This document shows positions 14,894 through 28,784 of a stretch of DNA of 64,000 nucleotides, piece after piece. The translations under genes and the position numbers were made by a program. The stretch is taken from assembly GCF_009914755.1 (NCBI RefSeq), contig NC_060931.1, one strand, 5' to 3'. This DNA is from the human T2T-CHM13v2.0 reference genome, Homo sapiens. The number at the start of each line of letters is the position of its first letter. Position 1 is the stretch's first letter. The notes under the pieces are model-generated. The model made no database searches and was not told the DNA's origin. It saw only the letters and a list, made by a program, of their open reading frames with translations.

Positions 14894-15191
14894 TTTTTTT
14901 TTTTTTTTTGAGATAGAGTCTTGCTCTTTTGCCCAGGCTGGAGTGCAGTGGTATGATCTTGACTCACTGCAACCTCTGCCTCCCGGGGTTCAAGCAATTC
15001 TCCTACCTCAGTCTCCTGAGTATCTTGGATTGCAGGTGCGTGCCACCACACCCAGCTAATTTTTGTATTTTTAGTAGAGATGGGGTTTCACCAACGTTGG
15101 TCAGGCTGGTCTGAAACTCCTGACCTCGTGATCCTCCCACTTCAGCCTCCCAAAGTGCTGGGATTGCAGGCGTGAGCCATTGCGTCCGGCC
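14894..15191 (-). mobile_element. AluS (Sg-like), full length
   Basis: poly-T, two arms, ends gtgagccattgcgtccggcc. Confidence 0.95.
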
Positions 15192-15642
15192 CATAACAAC
15201 TTTTTTTAATGAAGAAACTGAGATGAGGAGTAGCTAAAAACAAAGAAACAAACAAAAAACAATGCTAAGGTTATAGAGTTCTTAAATAACTTTGGATTCA
15301 AATTTCATTCTAACTTTAAACTCTGTGCTGCTCCTACATGACATTTGCCTCATCTTATCTAAAACTTGTCATTCCTTATTTCTTTTTAAATGGGGATGAA
15401 GGAGATGAATTAATGACTCTGAACTGTAAACTGCCAAAATAAATAAGTTAATATGCATTTATTTGTTTATAAGCTCAAGTACCTGCCTAAACTTCACTAA
15501 ATTTTGTATTTTTATACCTGGTCATAAGATGAAAATTTCTTACTGAAAAGTAGGTTGTGTTGTTTTAACAAGCAAACTGAAATGAAATCTTGAATGAAAA
15601 CTATAATTCAACAGTGCAGTACAATTATATACGTTTGAATAT

Positions 15643-15735
15643 TTATATTATATATATTATATATTATATATATATTATATATGTACCTATTTGAATAACA
15701 TATATTCACACACACACACACACATACACACACAC
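15643..15735. repeat. (TATATAT)n followed by (CA)n microsatellite
   Basis: read directly. Confidence 0.9.
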
Positions 15736-16732
15736 CTTAAAGGTGGCATGGGAATGGAATGTTTAAGAAAAATAAAAAGGCTAATTTTGGCTGTGATGAT
15801 TTCATCCTTGAGGACACCTCCAGAAGGTGAGATTACAGAGCTAAAACCTGTGGAACTTCCAACTCACTACTATATCATAACTTGAAATCTAGAGCTCTTT
15901 CTTTGAAAGGATGATCTAAGGACAGCTATATACAAATATATAATAAAAGGGGAAGAAAAAATAATGTAAAGCAAAAATTATTTTCCCAAAAATGTTACAA
16001 TAGAAGTCCACATGTTTCACAGTTTGGGTACATGGTTTAAAATCCACCTGCTCACTGGGAAGCAGCAGCCACTAAGAAATAGATGCACCTCTAGGGGCTG
16101 GGAAAAGGTCCAGTTCAGTGAAAGGAATATGATGTTCTAATGTGACAAACAAGAGGAGTTCGCAGTTCAGGTAGACGGTGGGCTTCATGGATATCAAACC
16201 ACCATAATGGAAATGTTGCAATTGATAGGCATGGTGATCAAGAGTTCAAAAGTCATGTCCACAATTTGGGGGTTTTTAGAGCTCTACATAGGGAAATTTC
16301 TCAGTAACGGTTGTGTTGGGGTTTTGAGGTAAGCCATCATCCCATCTAGGTGAACTTGTAAGAATAAGGCAAACTTTAGTTCTAGAAGTATTAGGTAACT
16401 CATAAAGACAAAGGTCAGGCTTAGAGATGAGATGTAATACAGAAGCAGCTCAGGACAATACTGGGTGACAGTGAGGACTGGACTGAACTAACAACAAGAG
16501 TGACTTCATGTTGATACCCAGACTGGTACCATCCTTGATCTTGGAGAGGCTTCAATCTTTTAGGTATTGGGTCATATGGCTCATCTGAAAGAAGAGGTAA
16601 ATCTCTAAGGCTAGAACCTAGGTAGAGGTTAACAAGGTGTATTTCAGAAACCTCAGATTAATTAAATGAGTGTTTCAAACACATGTATTTTATTGACAGT
16701 TTTTCCCTTGGGAAAAATGACAAGAAACCATA

Positions 16733-17504
16733 TTTTTTAGACTAATGGAACAGAATAGAGAACCCAGAAGTAAATCCATACATCTACAGTGAACTCATTT
16801 TCTACCAAAGTGCCAAGAACAGACATTGGGGAAAAGGCAGTCTCTTCAATAAATAGTGCTGGGAAAACTGGATATCCATATGCAGAAGAATGAAACTAGA
16901 CCCATATCACTTACCATTTATAAAAATCAAATCAAAATGTATTGAAGACTTAAATCGAAGCCATCCAACTATGAAACTACTACAATAAATCATTGGAGAA
17001 CTTCTCCAGGACATTGATCTGGGCAAAGATTTCTTGAGTACTACCCCAAAAACACAGGCAGCCAAAGCAAAGATGAACAAATTGGATTACATCAAGTTAA
17101 AAGCCTTCTGTGCAGCAAAGGAAACAATCAACAAAGTGAAGAGACAACCTATAGAATGGGAGAAAATATTTGCAAACTATCTCTCTGACAAAAGATTGAT
17201 TACAATAATATATAAGGTGTTCAAACTACTCAATAGGAAAAAATCTAATAATCTGATTAAATATGGGTAAAAGACCTAAATAGACATTTTTTAAAAGAAG
17301 ACACACAAATGGCAAACACATTCACAATATAAATGTGGTTCATATTGTCACCCATAAAGAGATATGAATATGTTCTATTTTAATCATTTTTCTTCAAACT
17401 TAAATTCATTAATGGAATATTCCATTGTATGCCTGTAACAAATTATCTCACATACTACATAAATACATATACCCACTATGTACTCAAAAATATTAAATAA
17501 TTAA
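16733..17504 (+). mobile_element. 5'-truncated L1MA-type element with internal deletion and foreign filler
   Basis: ORF2 C-terminal peptide (KAKMNKLDYIKLKAFCAAKETINKVKRQPIEWEKIFANY) to ~17320, L1MA 3' terminus 17425-17504, TSD aagaaaccata (16722-16732 / 17505-17515). Confidence 0.85.
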
Positions 17505-18309
17505 AAGAAACCATAATATAAAAATGAAGTTTCAAGGTTATATGTGTGTGTGTGTCTGTGTGTATGTATATATACACAGGTATGTATATATTTAACCTCT
17601 GTTCCATTGGAAAACCAAATGTAATTCATACCAAACCACCCACAAAAAGAAATGATACATTCTATTGTCATCATTTTTCTTCAAACTGAAATTCATTAAT
17701 GTAATTCAAAAAGCAATGCAATTTCAAAAGAAATCATTTAATGTAGCAGTTTTAGTGCACACAGTCTGATTCAAGAGCATTTCATTTACTCATGGGCACT
17801 ATGGCAAAACTCCATAATCTGTATTCATTATATAAAACAGTTCCTCCGGCAGGCATGTTTAGCTTTGAGCTATTTTCATGGTGTGCATATCACCAATTTG
17901 GCGAGGTTGGCATTCAAACAGAAGTATCAGAAGTGAATATTTTGTATACTTATCAGATATATTCATTTATGACAATATTGCTATTTTTATAAAACTCTCA
18001 AAGTGATATTCTCTATTTGATATACAGTGTAGTTTTAATGATGAACATAAACGGCTACTCCTGTTTAAAATATAAAATTGGATCTACTTATGGTAATAAA
18101 ATATATTAATTATTTCTCACTTTTAAGACTATAAAGAAGTCTAACTCACATTTATAAAAGGTGTGAAAAATTCAATTTCTCACAACCTAAAAAGCATACA
18201 AAATTTTACTAGTTTTATTACGTAAAATCAGGAATAATTGATTATAAGTAACTGATGTAAAGGTAATGTAAAAACTACCTTTCTTTTCACACTTAATTTA
18301 TATATGATA

Positions 18310-21210
18310 TTACAAATTTATTTATGTATTCATTTATTTGTTTTAGATTCGGGGATACAAGTGCTTGTTTATACATGGATATTACATGCTTAATGGTAGG
18401 GATTGGGCTTTTAGTGTACACATTATTTAAGTGTTGGATATTATACCCAATAGGTAATTTTTTAATCCTCATCCCCCTTCCTTTTTCCCTCCTTTTAGAG
18501 TCTCCAGAGTCTATTCCTTCCATCTTTATCTACATGTGTGCCCTTTGTTTAGCTCCCACTTATAAGTGAGAACATGCAATATTTGATTTTCTGCTTCTGT
18601 GTTAGTTCACTTAGGATAATGGCCTCCAGCTCCATTCATTTATAGCTGCGTAGTATTCCATGGTATATATACACCACATTTTTTTAATCCAATCAACCAT
18701 TGGGGACACAGGTTGATTCCATGACTTTGCTATTGTAAATGGTGCTGTGATAAACATGTGAATGCAGGTGTCGGTTTTACATGATTTCCTTTCCTTTGGG
18801 TAGATATTCAGTAGAAGGATGGCTGGATAGAATAGTAGTTCTATTGCTAGTTCTTTGAGATATTTCCAAACTGTTTTTTCCATAGAGGTTGAATTAATTT
18901 GCATTCCCACCAACAGTATGTGAGCATTCCTTTTTCTTCATATCTGTGCCAATGTTTGTTTTTCTGTTTTGTTTTGTTTTGTTTACTTTTTAATAAAAAC
19001 CATTATGAGTGGTATAAAATGATATCTCAGTATAGATGTTGCATTTCTCTGGTTAGTAATGTTGAGCGTTTTTTCATGTGTTTGTTGGTCGCTTGTGTTT
19101 CTTCTTTTGAGAAATATCCGTTCATGTCCTTTGCTCAGTTTTGAATGGGGTTGTTTGTTGCATCTTGAGTTGTTTTGGGTTCTTTGTAGATTGTGCATAT
19201 TAGTCCTTTGTCAGAGGTATAATTTGTAAACAGGTTCTCCCATTCTGTAGGTTGTCTGTTTATTCTGCTGGTTACTTCATTTGCTATGCAGAAGCTTTTT
19301 AGTTTAAATTTTATTTGTCTATTTTTGGTTTAGTTAGATTTGCTTTTGGAGTCTTTGTCATAAATTATTTGCTTAGGCCAATGTCTAGACAATATTTTCC
19401 TAGGTTTTCTTCTAATATTTTTATAGTTTCAGGTCCTACATTTAGGTATTTAATCCATCTTGAATTAATTTTTGTATATGGTGGGTGAGAGATAGGTGTC
19501 CAGCTTCATTCTTCTGCATATGGCTAGCCAGTTTTCACAGAACCATTTATTGAATAGGATGTCCTTTCCCAATTGTTTATTTTTGTTGACATTATCAAAG
19601 ATCAGTTGGTTATAGACAGTGGTTTTATTTCTGGGTTCTCTATTCTATTCCATTGACCTATGTGTCTGTTTTTTTTTTTTTTTTTTTTTTTTTTTACCAA
19701 TACTGTGGTGTTTGGTTATAATAAACTTGTAGTATAATTTGAAATCAGGCAATGCAATGTCTCCAGATTTGTTCTTTTAACTTAGGAATGCTTTGGTTAT
19801 TCAGGCTTTTTTTTTTTCCTGGTTCTTTTTTTTCTGCTATGAACTTGAAAATTGTTTTTTCAAATTCTGAGAAAAATGATGTTGGTAATTTGTCAGAAAT
19901 TATATTGAATCTAGAGGTTGCTTTGGGTAATGTGGTTATTTTAATGATATTGATTCTTCCAATCAATGAACATTGGGTATTTTTCCATTTATTTGTGTCA
20001 TTCATAATTTATTTCATCAGTGATTTGTAGTTCTTCTTGTAGAGATATTCCATTTCCTTGGTTAAATGTATTTCTAGGTATTTTGTGTGTGTGCATGTGT
20101 GTGTGTGTCTACTGTAAAAGGGATCAAGTTCTTGATTTGGTTTTCACCTTGAATGCTATTGGTGTACAGAAGTGCTACTGATTTTTGTTTGCTGATTTTG
20201 TATCTTGAGACTTTCTGTATCTTGAGGTCTGTGAGTCTTCTAAAGAAGTCTTTAGGGTTTTCTAGGTATATAATTATGTTATTAGTGAATAGAGAACTTT
20301 GACTTCCTCTTTACAATTTGGATTCCTTTTATTTCTTTCTCCTGCCTGATTGCTCTGGCTAGGACTTCCATTATTATGTTAAATAGGAGTGGTGAGAGCA
20401 AACATAATTGTCTTGTTCTAATTCTTAGAGGAAATGCTTTCAACTGTTCCTCATTCAGTATGACATTGGTTATGGGTTTGAAATATATGGCTGTTACTAT
20501 TTTGAGGTGTTTTATGTACAGCTAGTTTGTTGAGGGTTTTTAATCATGAAGGCATGTTTAATCTTATTAAATGCTTTTTCTGCATCTAATTGAGATAACC
20601 ATATGGTTTTTGTTCTCAGCATTGTTTATATAGTGGACAATGTTAATTGATTTGCATTTGCTGAACCATCCTTGCATCCCTGGAATAAAGACCTCTTTAT
20701 CATGCTGAATTGTCTTTTTGATGTACTGTTGGATTCAGTTTGCTAGTATTTTGTGGAAGATTTTTGCATCTATGTTCATCAGGGTTATTGGCCTGTAGTT
20801 GTCTTTTTTTGTTGTTGTGTCCTTGCCTGATTTTACTATTAGGGTTATACTGGATTCATAGAATGAGTTAGGAAAGGATCTCTCCTCTTCAATTTCTTAG
20901 AAATAGTTTGAGTAAGATTGGCACCAGCTCTTCTTCATACACCTGGTAAAATTCAGCTGTGAATCTATCTGGTCCTGGGCATTTTTTGTTGGGAGATTTT
21001 TCTACTACTGATTCAATGTTCTTCTTCATTATTGGTTTGTTCAGGGTTTCTATTAATATTTCCACCTGGTTCAATTTTGGGAGTTTGTGTGTTTCCAGAA
21101 ATTTATCCATTTTCCCTAAGTTTTCTAGTTTGTGTGAATAGAGATGTTCATAGTAGTCTCTGATGATGTTTCATATTTCTTTGGTATCAGTTGTCATGTC
21201 ACCTTATTTT
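18310..21210 (-). mobile_element. L1PB (PB3/PB4-like), ~2.9 kb 3' half
   Basis: L1PB-type 3' UTR at 18340-18600; minus-strand ORF2 peptides [27 protein letters not shown] and MNDTNKWKNTQCSLIGRINIIK. Confidence 0.9.
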
Positions 21211-21212
21211 TC

Positions 21213-22175
21213 TGTTGGGACAAGTCCCATGACTCTCTCCTTTTTTTCCCTCTTATTTTCACCTCTATCAATGTTTTCTTTATTTACCTTATTTTTAAAT
21301 AACCTTTAAATTTTTTCCACCTTCTTGGGATGAGTCCTTTGATTCTCTGCTCTATCCTTCACTCTTCTCTTGTTAATTAGCCTAATGTTTTTATTAATAT
21401 TTGTAAGATCTGTGAGGTGACTCTGAGGCCATAAATTTGACAATGCTTCTGGAACTGCTACTTGATTCTGCAGGAATCAAATACTTATCTGTGATTGTTC
21501 AGTAGTGAGCTGTTTGTCCTGAGTCAACGCAAACATGTTCTTCTACTGTGCAGCATAAAAAACTAAAGACACTGCTGCCAAATTAGTTACTCACAACCCA
21601 TTTTAGTAAAGGTTTCTCAGGAAGCTGATGATACCAATCTAAAGAATGGAACAATTCGCTTAAACTATACCTTCTGATTTCAATGGTTACTTGGTTTTGC
21701 CCTTCTCCTACATTTACTACCTTCTTAGTAACCACAGGTCTCAGAGGTAGTTTCTGTTGTCTCTGTATAATTCTGCCCTTCAGGGGTTGTCTCTGAGTCT
21801 AGCTCAGAAAGACTCATATCTGAGCATGGTCCAGTCTTAAGGCTTGACCCAGCACTCTCTTTTAATTTCATTGTAACTGTTATAGATAACAATAACCAAG
21901 GAATTAAACATTTCACTTTTTTATTAGTTTGCATTTCCTCATGCATCCAATGAACGGACTCCTTGGGAGTCAGATTTATCTCTAAATTCCATGGATAGCT
22001 TTTAACTTTAGTAACTGAACTAAAGCACAGTTGTTGTTTCATACCATGGGTGACCACATGGCCACCCAGGAATTTGAGGTTTTTTATTCCCTACCCTTAT
22101 ATGCATTCTTTCCCCAGCCCATATGTTTCCTTGACCGTGGGCCAGTCCAGCAAATCCAACTTCACTGACACCAAC
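21213..22175 (-). mobile_element. ERV internal leader following the MER21-type LTR
   Basis: contiguous with the LTR 3' end and begins with a PBS on the minus strand; left boundary uncertain. Confidence 0.5.
22151..22173 (-). other. retroviral primer-binding site, tRNA-Leu-like
   Basis: minus strand TGGTGTCAGtgAAGTTGGATTTG versus tRNA-Leu PBS TGGTGTCAGAAGTGGGATTCG, 2 nt after the LTR's CA end. Confidence 0.6.
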
Positions 22176-22682
22176 TGGGTAGGGGAAAACTATCTCAACC
22201 CATGTTTGCCTCCACTCTCACACAACTATAACCATCATCAACACAGAAGACTTATGTAACCAAAGGTACGGGGCTTTCGTCTCACACAGCAAGCAACACA
22301 CACGTGTTGGGTGTTCCCCAATTCAGTTTTGTCAGTATTTACCTGGAAATAGTTTCTGATCTCACAGGTCCCCAAGGATACCTCTGACATTCCCAGATAC
22401 CAGTAGCAAGCCCAGCCAGACCTCTGAAACTTCTAACCAACCAGCTTCATGTTGGGGTTCCCATGACCCCTTTGTTAGGTTCAATTAATTTGATGTAGTG
22501 GTTCACAGAACTCAGGGAAACACTTATATTTGCTGTTTCATTACAAAGGATATTACAAAACATACAGATGAAGAGATGCATAGGGTGTGGTCTGCAAGAA
22601 GAGTCATGGAGCTTCCATGCTTCCTCAGGTACAACACCCTCTAGGGACACCCATGTGTTCAGCTCTCTGGAAGATCCATACA
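22176..22682 (-). mobile_element. MER21-family LTR (partial)
   Basis: ggggttcccatgacccc...tcacagaactcagggaaacactt...gatgaagagatgcataggg...ggagcttccatgc are MER21 hallmarks. Confidence 0.85.
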
Positions 22683-23379
22683 TTTATTTAAAAGCACTTA
22701 CAAATAAAATATAGGTTCCAAATGGCAGAGATGGTGTCAGTACTATTCCCTGTTTTACACCTAGTGTGTGGCATGGAGCCCAGCATCTATGGGTACTCAA
22801 GAAAAACTTGTAAGATGTATGAATTCAAAGAAAATTTCAAAGATTTGTGATATATCACTTACTGTTACATGTTTTTGTTTTCTCAGTCAACATGTGCTAA
22901 AAGCATAGCCATTATCCTGAGCTGGTCTGTGAAACTTTACATATTTAAAGGAGTTTTTTATACTTTAAAAGATTGGGCACCAGTGTTTATACTACAGAAT
23001 TAGTAATGACTTCTAGTATTATGTGCTAGATCCTCTGTGTTTTAAACTGGGTGATATAGTAATGAATGCTTTTGGAAACTAGCCCGAGATTGATGGCTTG
23101 TGTAGAGAGAAATTGGAGAGTTAGATGAGAAAAATGGATCCATATTGATCTATTACACTTCTGAATGAAGAATTGATAATACTATTACAATCTAATGAAA
23201 AGAAATACAATTAGAAGAAGCCATTCTTTAAGAAAGTCCCTTACTTCCACCAAAAGGAACTAGAAGGTAGGAAGACAACATAGAAAAATCCTGTAGCAAT
23301 GTAGGCCTAAGGTTTAAAACAGACTGGATTGGGAGGATGGCTAGAGAAATCTGTGAATAAAGAGATAGGTAAGTGATAT

Positions 23380-23700
23380 GTTTTAGAATACAAAAACAAG
23401 ACCAAGCTAATATGGAGGAAGAACTGGAGTGGGAGAACAGAGAATATCCCATGTTTTCAAGTAGGAGATACATTATATCTTTGAATAAACTGAGGACAGC
23501 ATGTTGTTGGAGGGAGTAAGATGATGAATTTGGTTTTGGAGCTGTAAGGATTTGACAGCTATGTGACTCACAGAAATATTTAACAGGAGTTGTAAATACA
23601 GTACTGAAACTCAGATAAAGAACATCTATGGAGATGTTATTACAGTTGTTAAAGGCACAGTTATTAAAGGGAAAATGAAGTGAAGAAAATGAATGAATTC
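23380..23700 (-). mobile_element. L2 fragment
   Basis: gatgatgaatttggttttggagctgtaagg purine-rich L2 antisense motif. Confidence 0.45.
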
Positions 23701-26529
23701 TTCAAGAACATATTCCAATTGGAAATTGCCCTGGTAGTTTTACATATTAGTTAATAAGTAAACCACTTTTTATTTATAATGTATTCATAAAGTTTTAGAT
23801 TATAATAGTGGAGTAGTTTATTATTCTTTTGATATTTAGAATAACTTTTTGATATCATGCATGATGATAGTTATTTTAATGTGTGTGATTTGAGAATATA
23901 GTGATGAATTATAAATTTAATGATCCTTTTACATGAATTTATGTAATCACTGCTGCTAGATACATTAGTAATAGTTTCCATATGTTTGAGATATCTATAA
24001 TGGAGTGGATTGTAAAATATAAATTGATGAGTATTTTCCAGCTTTCCTATTTCAGCCACCAACACTCCTTTCTTAGCAAATCTATGGGGATACTCTTAGT
24101 GCCTTAGGAATTATCCGTAGCTGAGAATAATAACTTCACATCTTTTTAGGATTCTAAGTCTAAAAGACAGAAATTATAAACTCATTAGCGGATACATGTG
24201 AACAGGAAAAACCAGCATTTCTCTTCCTGTCAAACAAGATATTTGACCCTTCAACTGGAGAGAATCAGTGTATGTGCATTCTTTTCCTTTACCCGATGAA
24301 TCTGGGTGGCTTGAAAAGAATGATAATTTCCTTGAAAGTGTTTATAGAACAATGGAGTTGTATCCTATGTCTCAGACATAATCCATACAAAAAGAACAAG
24401 CTTAGAGAGCCACAGACAATTTCCAAAACTTCACCGCTATTACTAAGCGGCATGGGGGGTATTCTCTGAATTTCCTTTGGGTTCTATGCGGGCTGGGGAA
24501 TTGAGAGAAACAGTGGGTCCTTCCCAGAAGGTCGCCTGACTACAAAGAAGAGATGAGCATTAAAAAGTTGTACTGTGGGCCATAAGCCTGAAGCTAAAGA
24601 AGGAAATGTCTCAATCTCCTAAGACTGTCACAGCCAGGAAGTCAAAGGGGGCTGAACCACAGAGGGAAGAGAAAGCAATCATGAAACATCTGAACCGATT
24701 GGTAATAGAATGCAGTTTTACTGTATGAAAAACAGGACATGTAGGCAAAAACAACTTAAGATTAGAACAGTTTGATGATTTTCCTCCTTTTAACCTCTTT
24801 GTGGGCATTAGTTATGAAGTTATATAATTAGCTGCTTTTTTTTTTTTTTCTTCAACCTGCTAGGGAGTGATGATAGGTGGCTTTTATCTCGACAGAAAGT
24901 ACACAGAGGGAAGAACATAGGCTTGGAGGCTGATTCTTCTGGGTATTCTCTGCTACAGAGAGAGGAAGAAGTTGTGGAGTCACTGGCTTCTAATGAAAGA
25001 CAGATCATGACTGGCCATCTACATACATGAGGAGGGAAGGAAAAGTATCTTACTTTTTATATTATAGAATAGTTTTCAGACCTTAGCTCAAAAGAGCCTC
25101 ACTTTTAGAAACTTTTTATTATTCTAGAATGATTTCACTCTCTTTGAACAATCTCACAGGTCATCTCTGGAAAAGTGATCTTATTTGGAAATACAGTAGC
25201 AATGCAACACGTTTAATGGTCTCTCTGACATGACAAAAGGCAAAGGAAAGTGATCCTATTGGATGTGGCAAGATCTAGGTCAATGGTGACCTTTTAGAGA
25301 AACATTTCTGTAGAAGGCCTGGCAGGAGACAAATTGCAAGGGAACAAAGAAGAAATAAGTGTGAAAAGTAGAGAAGAAATGACTGAAGATCAAGAAGAGT
25401 GCTCACAAAAAAATAAGTGGTAAGCAAAAGGGCAAGAGTTAGAAAGGTTAACCTATATAAAATTCAGGCTAAAAAGGAGAAATACATTGCTTGAAAACAC
25501 CAGAGGAAGAAAAGAAAATTAGTTCCTGAATTTCTGTTGCATTTAAACTGCATATATATTTAATAAGTTCAGGCTTTCATGCAGAGCTGTGTCATTAGTA
25601 TTGGAGGGGAAAAAAGTCCAACTAATAGTTATAATCTATTAATAGGGATGAAATAAATCATGTTTGGGTATAATTAGTAAGAGAACATCAATAAAGGAGA
25701 AAAATTTTTTAAATCTAATAGACCTAGAATAAATCACGCATTACTTGTAATTACCAGGAAAATTACTTGGATCATGGCAAATGATTTGACAACATGGTTC
25801 TGTTTAATTTACCAACCTATTTTAAATGGAAACATAATGCTTGCAATGTATTTTACTGTCTATTTGTTACACAAGCACATTGAGATAATAATGAGAATAC
25901 CATGAGATAGTAAAGAACTACTTGTTCTCTTGAAGAGTTATGAGAATAGCCAAAATGTTCAAACTTCACATTAAATTTTATATCATGATGTTAATTTATT
26001 TTAAATTTACTCTGTCATTCCAATGAGAATGGCTTTCTCTGCCAAGGTTTCTGCAAGCTGTCAATTGTCCCAATGCTGGCTGTTGATCTCCTAGGCAGAT
26101 TTGGGCCATAACTCAGCCCTTTGCACCCAGTTACTAGGAATAATTGAAATTCATCAGTTTTCCACATTTTGATTTCATTTTCTTGGTAACTTCTCTTTCA
26201 CAGACTCTCATTCCCACATTTTTGCATTACTGCTGAAGTCTGGAAATTAGTCTTCATCACATTGTTCTTTCATTCCCTCTTTACTCAAATGCCTAATTAA
26301 TCTTCTTTAAGCATAGCTTAAATCATTCTACTCTCTTTTTCAAAAATCAGTAGCACCTCTGACCTTCTATTTTGTTAGCCTTTAGTTGAATTTTTGTTTT
26401 GCTCTTTTCTGGGAGATGAAATATTTTATTTTGTCACTCTACTCCTAAAGTGAGTTTATATGTCTTACTAGTGCATAATTCATCTCACCTGATACACTTT
26501 TAACTTATTTATATGTTGAAAGTAAATGC

Positions 26530-27143
26530 ATTATATAACTATTTGGGCCAAACTCTGTTTTAGGTCCCAGTAATATGAAGGTGGATATGCAGTTGAGGGA
26601 AAAAAAAGACAAAAATACACAGCATTTGCCTTTGAAGAGACCACCAGTTTGTTATGGCAGCAGATGAGAAAACCAGTGATTCCAAAATAGAATTGAGAAA
26701 AAAACGAGAGTACAGACAGGAAAGGATAATGTTTCAGAAAATTTTCAGTGGTAGGTGGGGTGCTAGGTAAAGGTGAGTCACCAGGAGGTGTACCAGGTGT
26801 GTTGTATAGCACAACAAAACTGCCATACAATATAGTATATTCAGAAAACTAATTACAGTAGTTCAATAATACTAATTCATGAGAAACCAGATAGGTTATC
26901 TAGTGAGCTGATGAGAGGTCCTCACAGAGTTTAAACAGGGAAGTACCATGGTAAAATTTGCAATTTAAAAACATCATTTTGGAAGCAATGTGGTAGATGG
27001 GTTTGAGTTGAATGAACCAAAGTCAAGTTAACTAGGTAGAGAGCTATCACAGCAATGTGGAAAAGGAATAATGTGGTTCTGGACAAAGGGAGTGTCAGCA
27101 TGAACAGAGTTAAGGAGACAGATATAAGTGACAGCTCAAAGAC
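26530..27143 (-). mobile_element. L2 (left piece)
   Basis: tttaaacagggaagtaccatggtaaaatttgcaatttaaaaacatcattttggaagcaatgtgg typical of L2 antisense; resumes after the L1 at ~29340. Confidence 0.65.
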
Positions 27144-28394
27144 TTTAAAAACAAATATACTTTATATTTCATAGTAATTTTAGGTTTACAGAAAAGTTGA
27201 ACAGAAAGTATAGAGGGTTCTATATGCTTTCTTAAATGCTGCCTGAGTTTCTCCTATTATTAACATCTTGAATTAATGTGGTATATTTGTTACAATTAAT
27301 GAACCAAAATTGATACATTATTAACTACAGTCAATAGTTTACATCGGGTTTCAGTCTTTGTATTATTCAATTTTATGGAATGTAGAGAAACAAAAATGCA
27401 CAATATAATATGTGAACCATTACAGTTACAGTATTGTACAGAATAGTTTTCCTGCCCTAAATATCTACTATTTTTTTTCATTCATCTCTCCTCTCCTCCC
27501 ACCACCACCCTAAATCTCAGGCAACCACTGATCTTTTTACTGTTTCTATAGTTTTTCTTTTTCAAGGTTGTCATATAGTGGGAATCATATAATATACAGC
27601 TTTTACAGATGGCCTTCTTTCACTTAGTAATATGATTCTAAGTTTCCTCCATGTCTTTTTATGGCTCGGTAGCTCATTTCTTGTCATTTTTAAATAATAT
27701 TCTGTTGGCTGGATACACCACAGTTTATCTCCAACCATTGAAGAATATCTTGGTTGCTTCCAAGTTTTGACAATTATGAATAAAGCTGCTATAAACATTT
27801 GTGTGAAGGTTTTTGTATGGACATAAAAGTATTTTTAAACTCACCTGGACAAAGATCAAAGAATGAATGCTGAATCATTTGCTAAGGGTTTTATTTCACT
27901 TTGTAAGAAACTGTCAAACTGTCTTCCAAAGTGGCTGGTATGAATTTGCATTCCCTTCAGCAATGACTGAGAGTTCTTGTAGCTCCACAACCTCTCCAGC
28001 ATTTCGTGTCAGTGTTCTGGATTCTAGCCATTCTAGTAGGTGTGTAGTATTGCCTTGTTTTAATTTGTAGCTCTGTAATGACAGATAACGTTGAGTATCT
28101 TTTCTTATGCTTATTTGCCACATGAATGTCTTTAGTGAGTTGTCTGTTGAGAGTTTTTCACACTTTTTAGTTGTATTTTTATTGTTGCATTTTAAGAATT
28201 GTTTGTATGGCTTAGATAAAAGTCTTATCACATATGTGTTTTGCAAATATTTTCTCTCAGTCTGTAGCTTATCTTTCCTTAATTTTAAGTTTCTTTCTCA
28301 GAGTAGAAGTTTTTCATTTTAATAAAAATCAACTTATTAATTTTTTCTTTCACGGATTGTCCTTTTAGTGTTGCATCTAAAAACTGATTGCCAA

Positions 28395-28784
28395 CACAAA
28401 AATGTGAATATATTTAATGCTATAAAATTGTATTCTTAAAATAGTTAAAATAGGGCTAGGTGCACTTTGGGAGATCAAGGTGGGCAGATCACTTGAAGTC
28501 AGGAGTTTGACACCAGTCTGGCCAATATGGTGAGACTCCATCTCTACCAAAAACTAGAGAAATTAGGCAGAGTGGTGGGGCATGCCTGTAGTCCCACAGC
28601 TGTTTGGGAGGCTGAGGCCGGAGAATCGCTTGAACCTGGGAGACCTAGGTTGCAGTGAGCTTAGATCATGCCACTGCGCTCCAGCCTAGGTGACAGAGTG
28701 GGACTCTATCTCAAAAAAAAAAAAAAAAAAAAGTTAAAATGGCAACTTTTATGTCATATACATTTTACAATGGACAGACTACAC
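28395..28784 (+). mobile_element. short L1MB-type 3' end inserted in the L1MC, itself split by an Alu
   Basis: tgtgaatatatttaatgc..aattgtattcttaaaatagttaaaat[Alu]ggcaacttttatgtcatatacatttta; 16-bp TSD aaaaactgattgccaa / aaaaactcattgccaa. Confidence 0.7.
28454..28731 (+). mobile_element. AluS (Sx/Sz-like) with ~25-bp deletion near the 5' end
   Basis: ggctaggtgca|ctttgggag junction; A-tail; TSD agttaaaatag / agttaaaatgg. Confidence 0.95.

Noticed and set aside
24836-24950. Poly-T...tgctag acceptor-like site at 24863
   Set aside because: No good matching donor nearby; T-runs are ubiquitous here.
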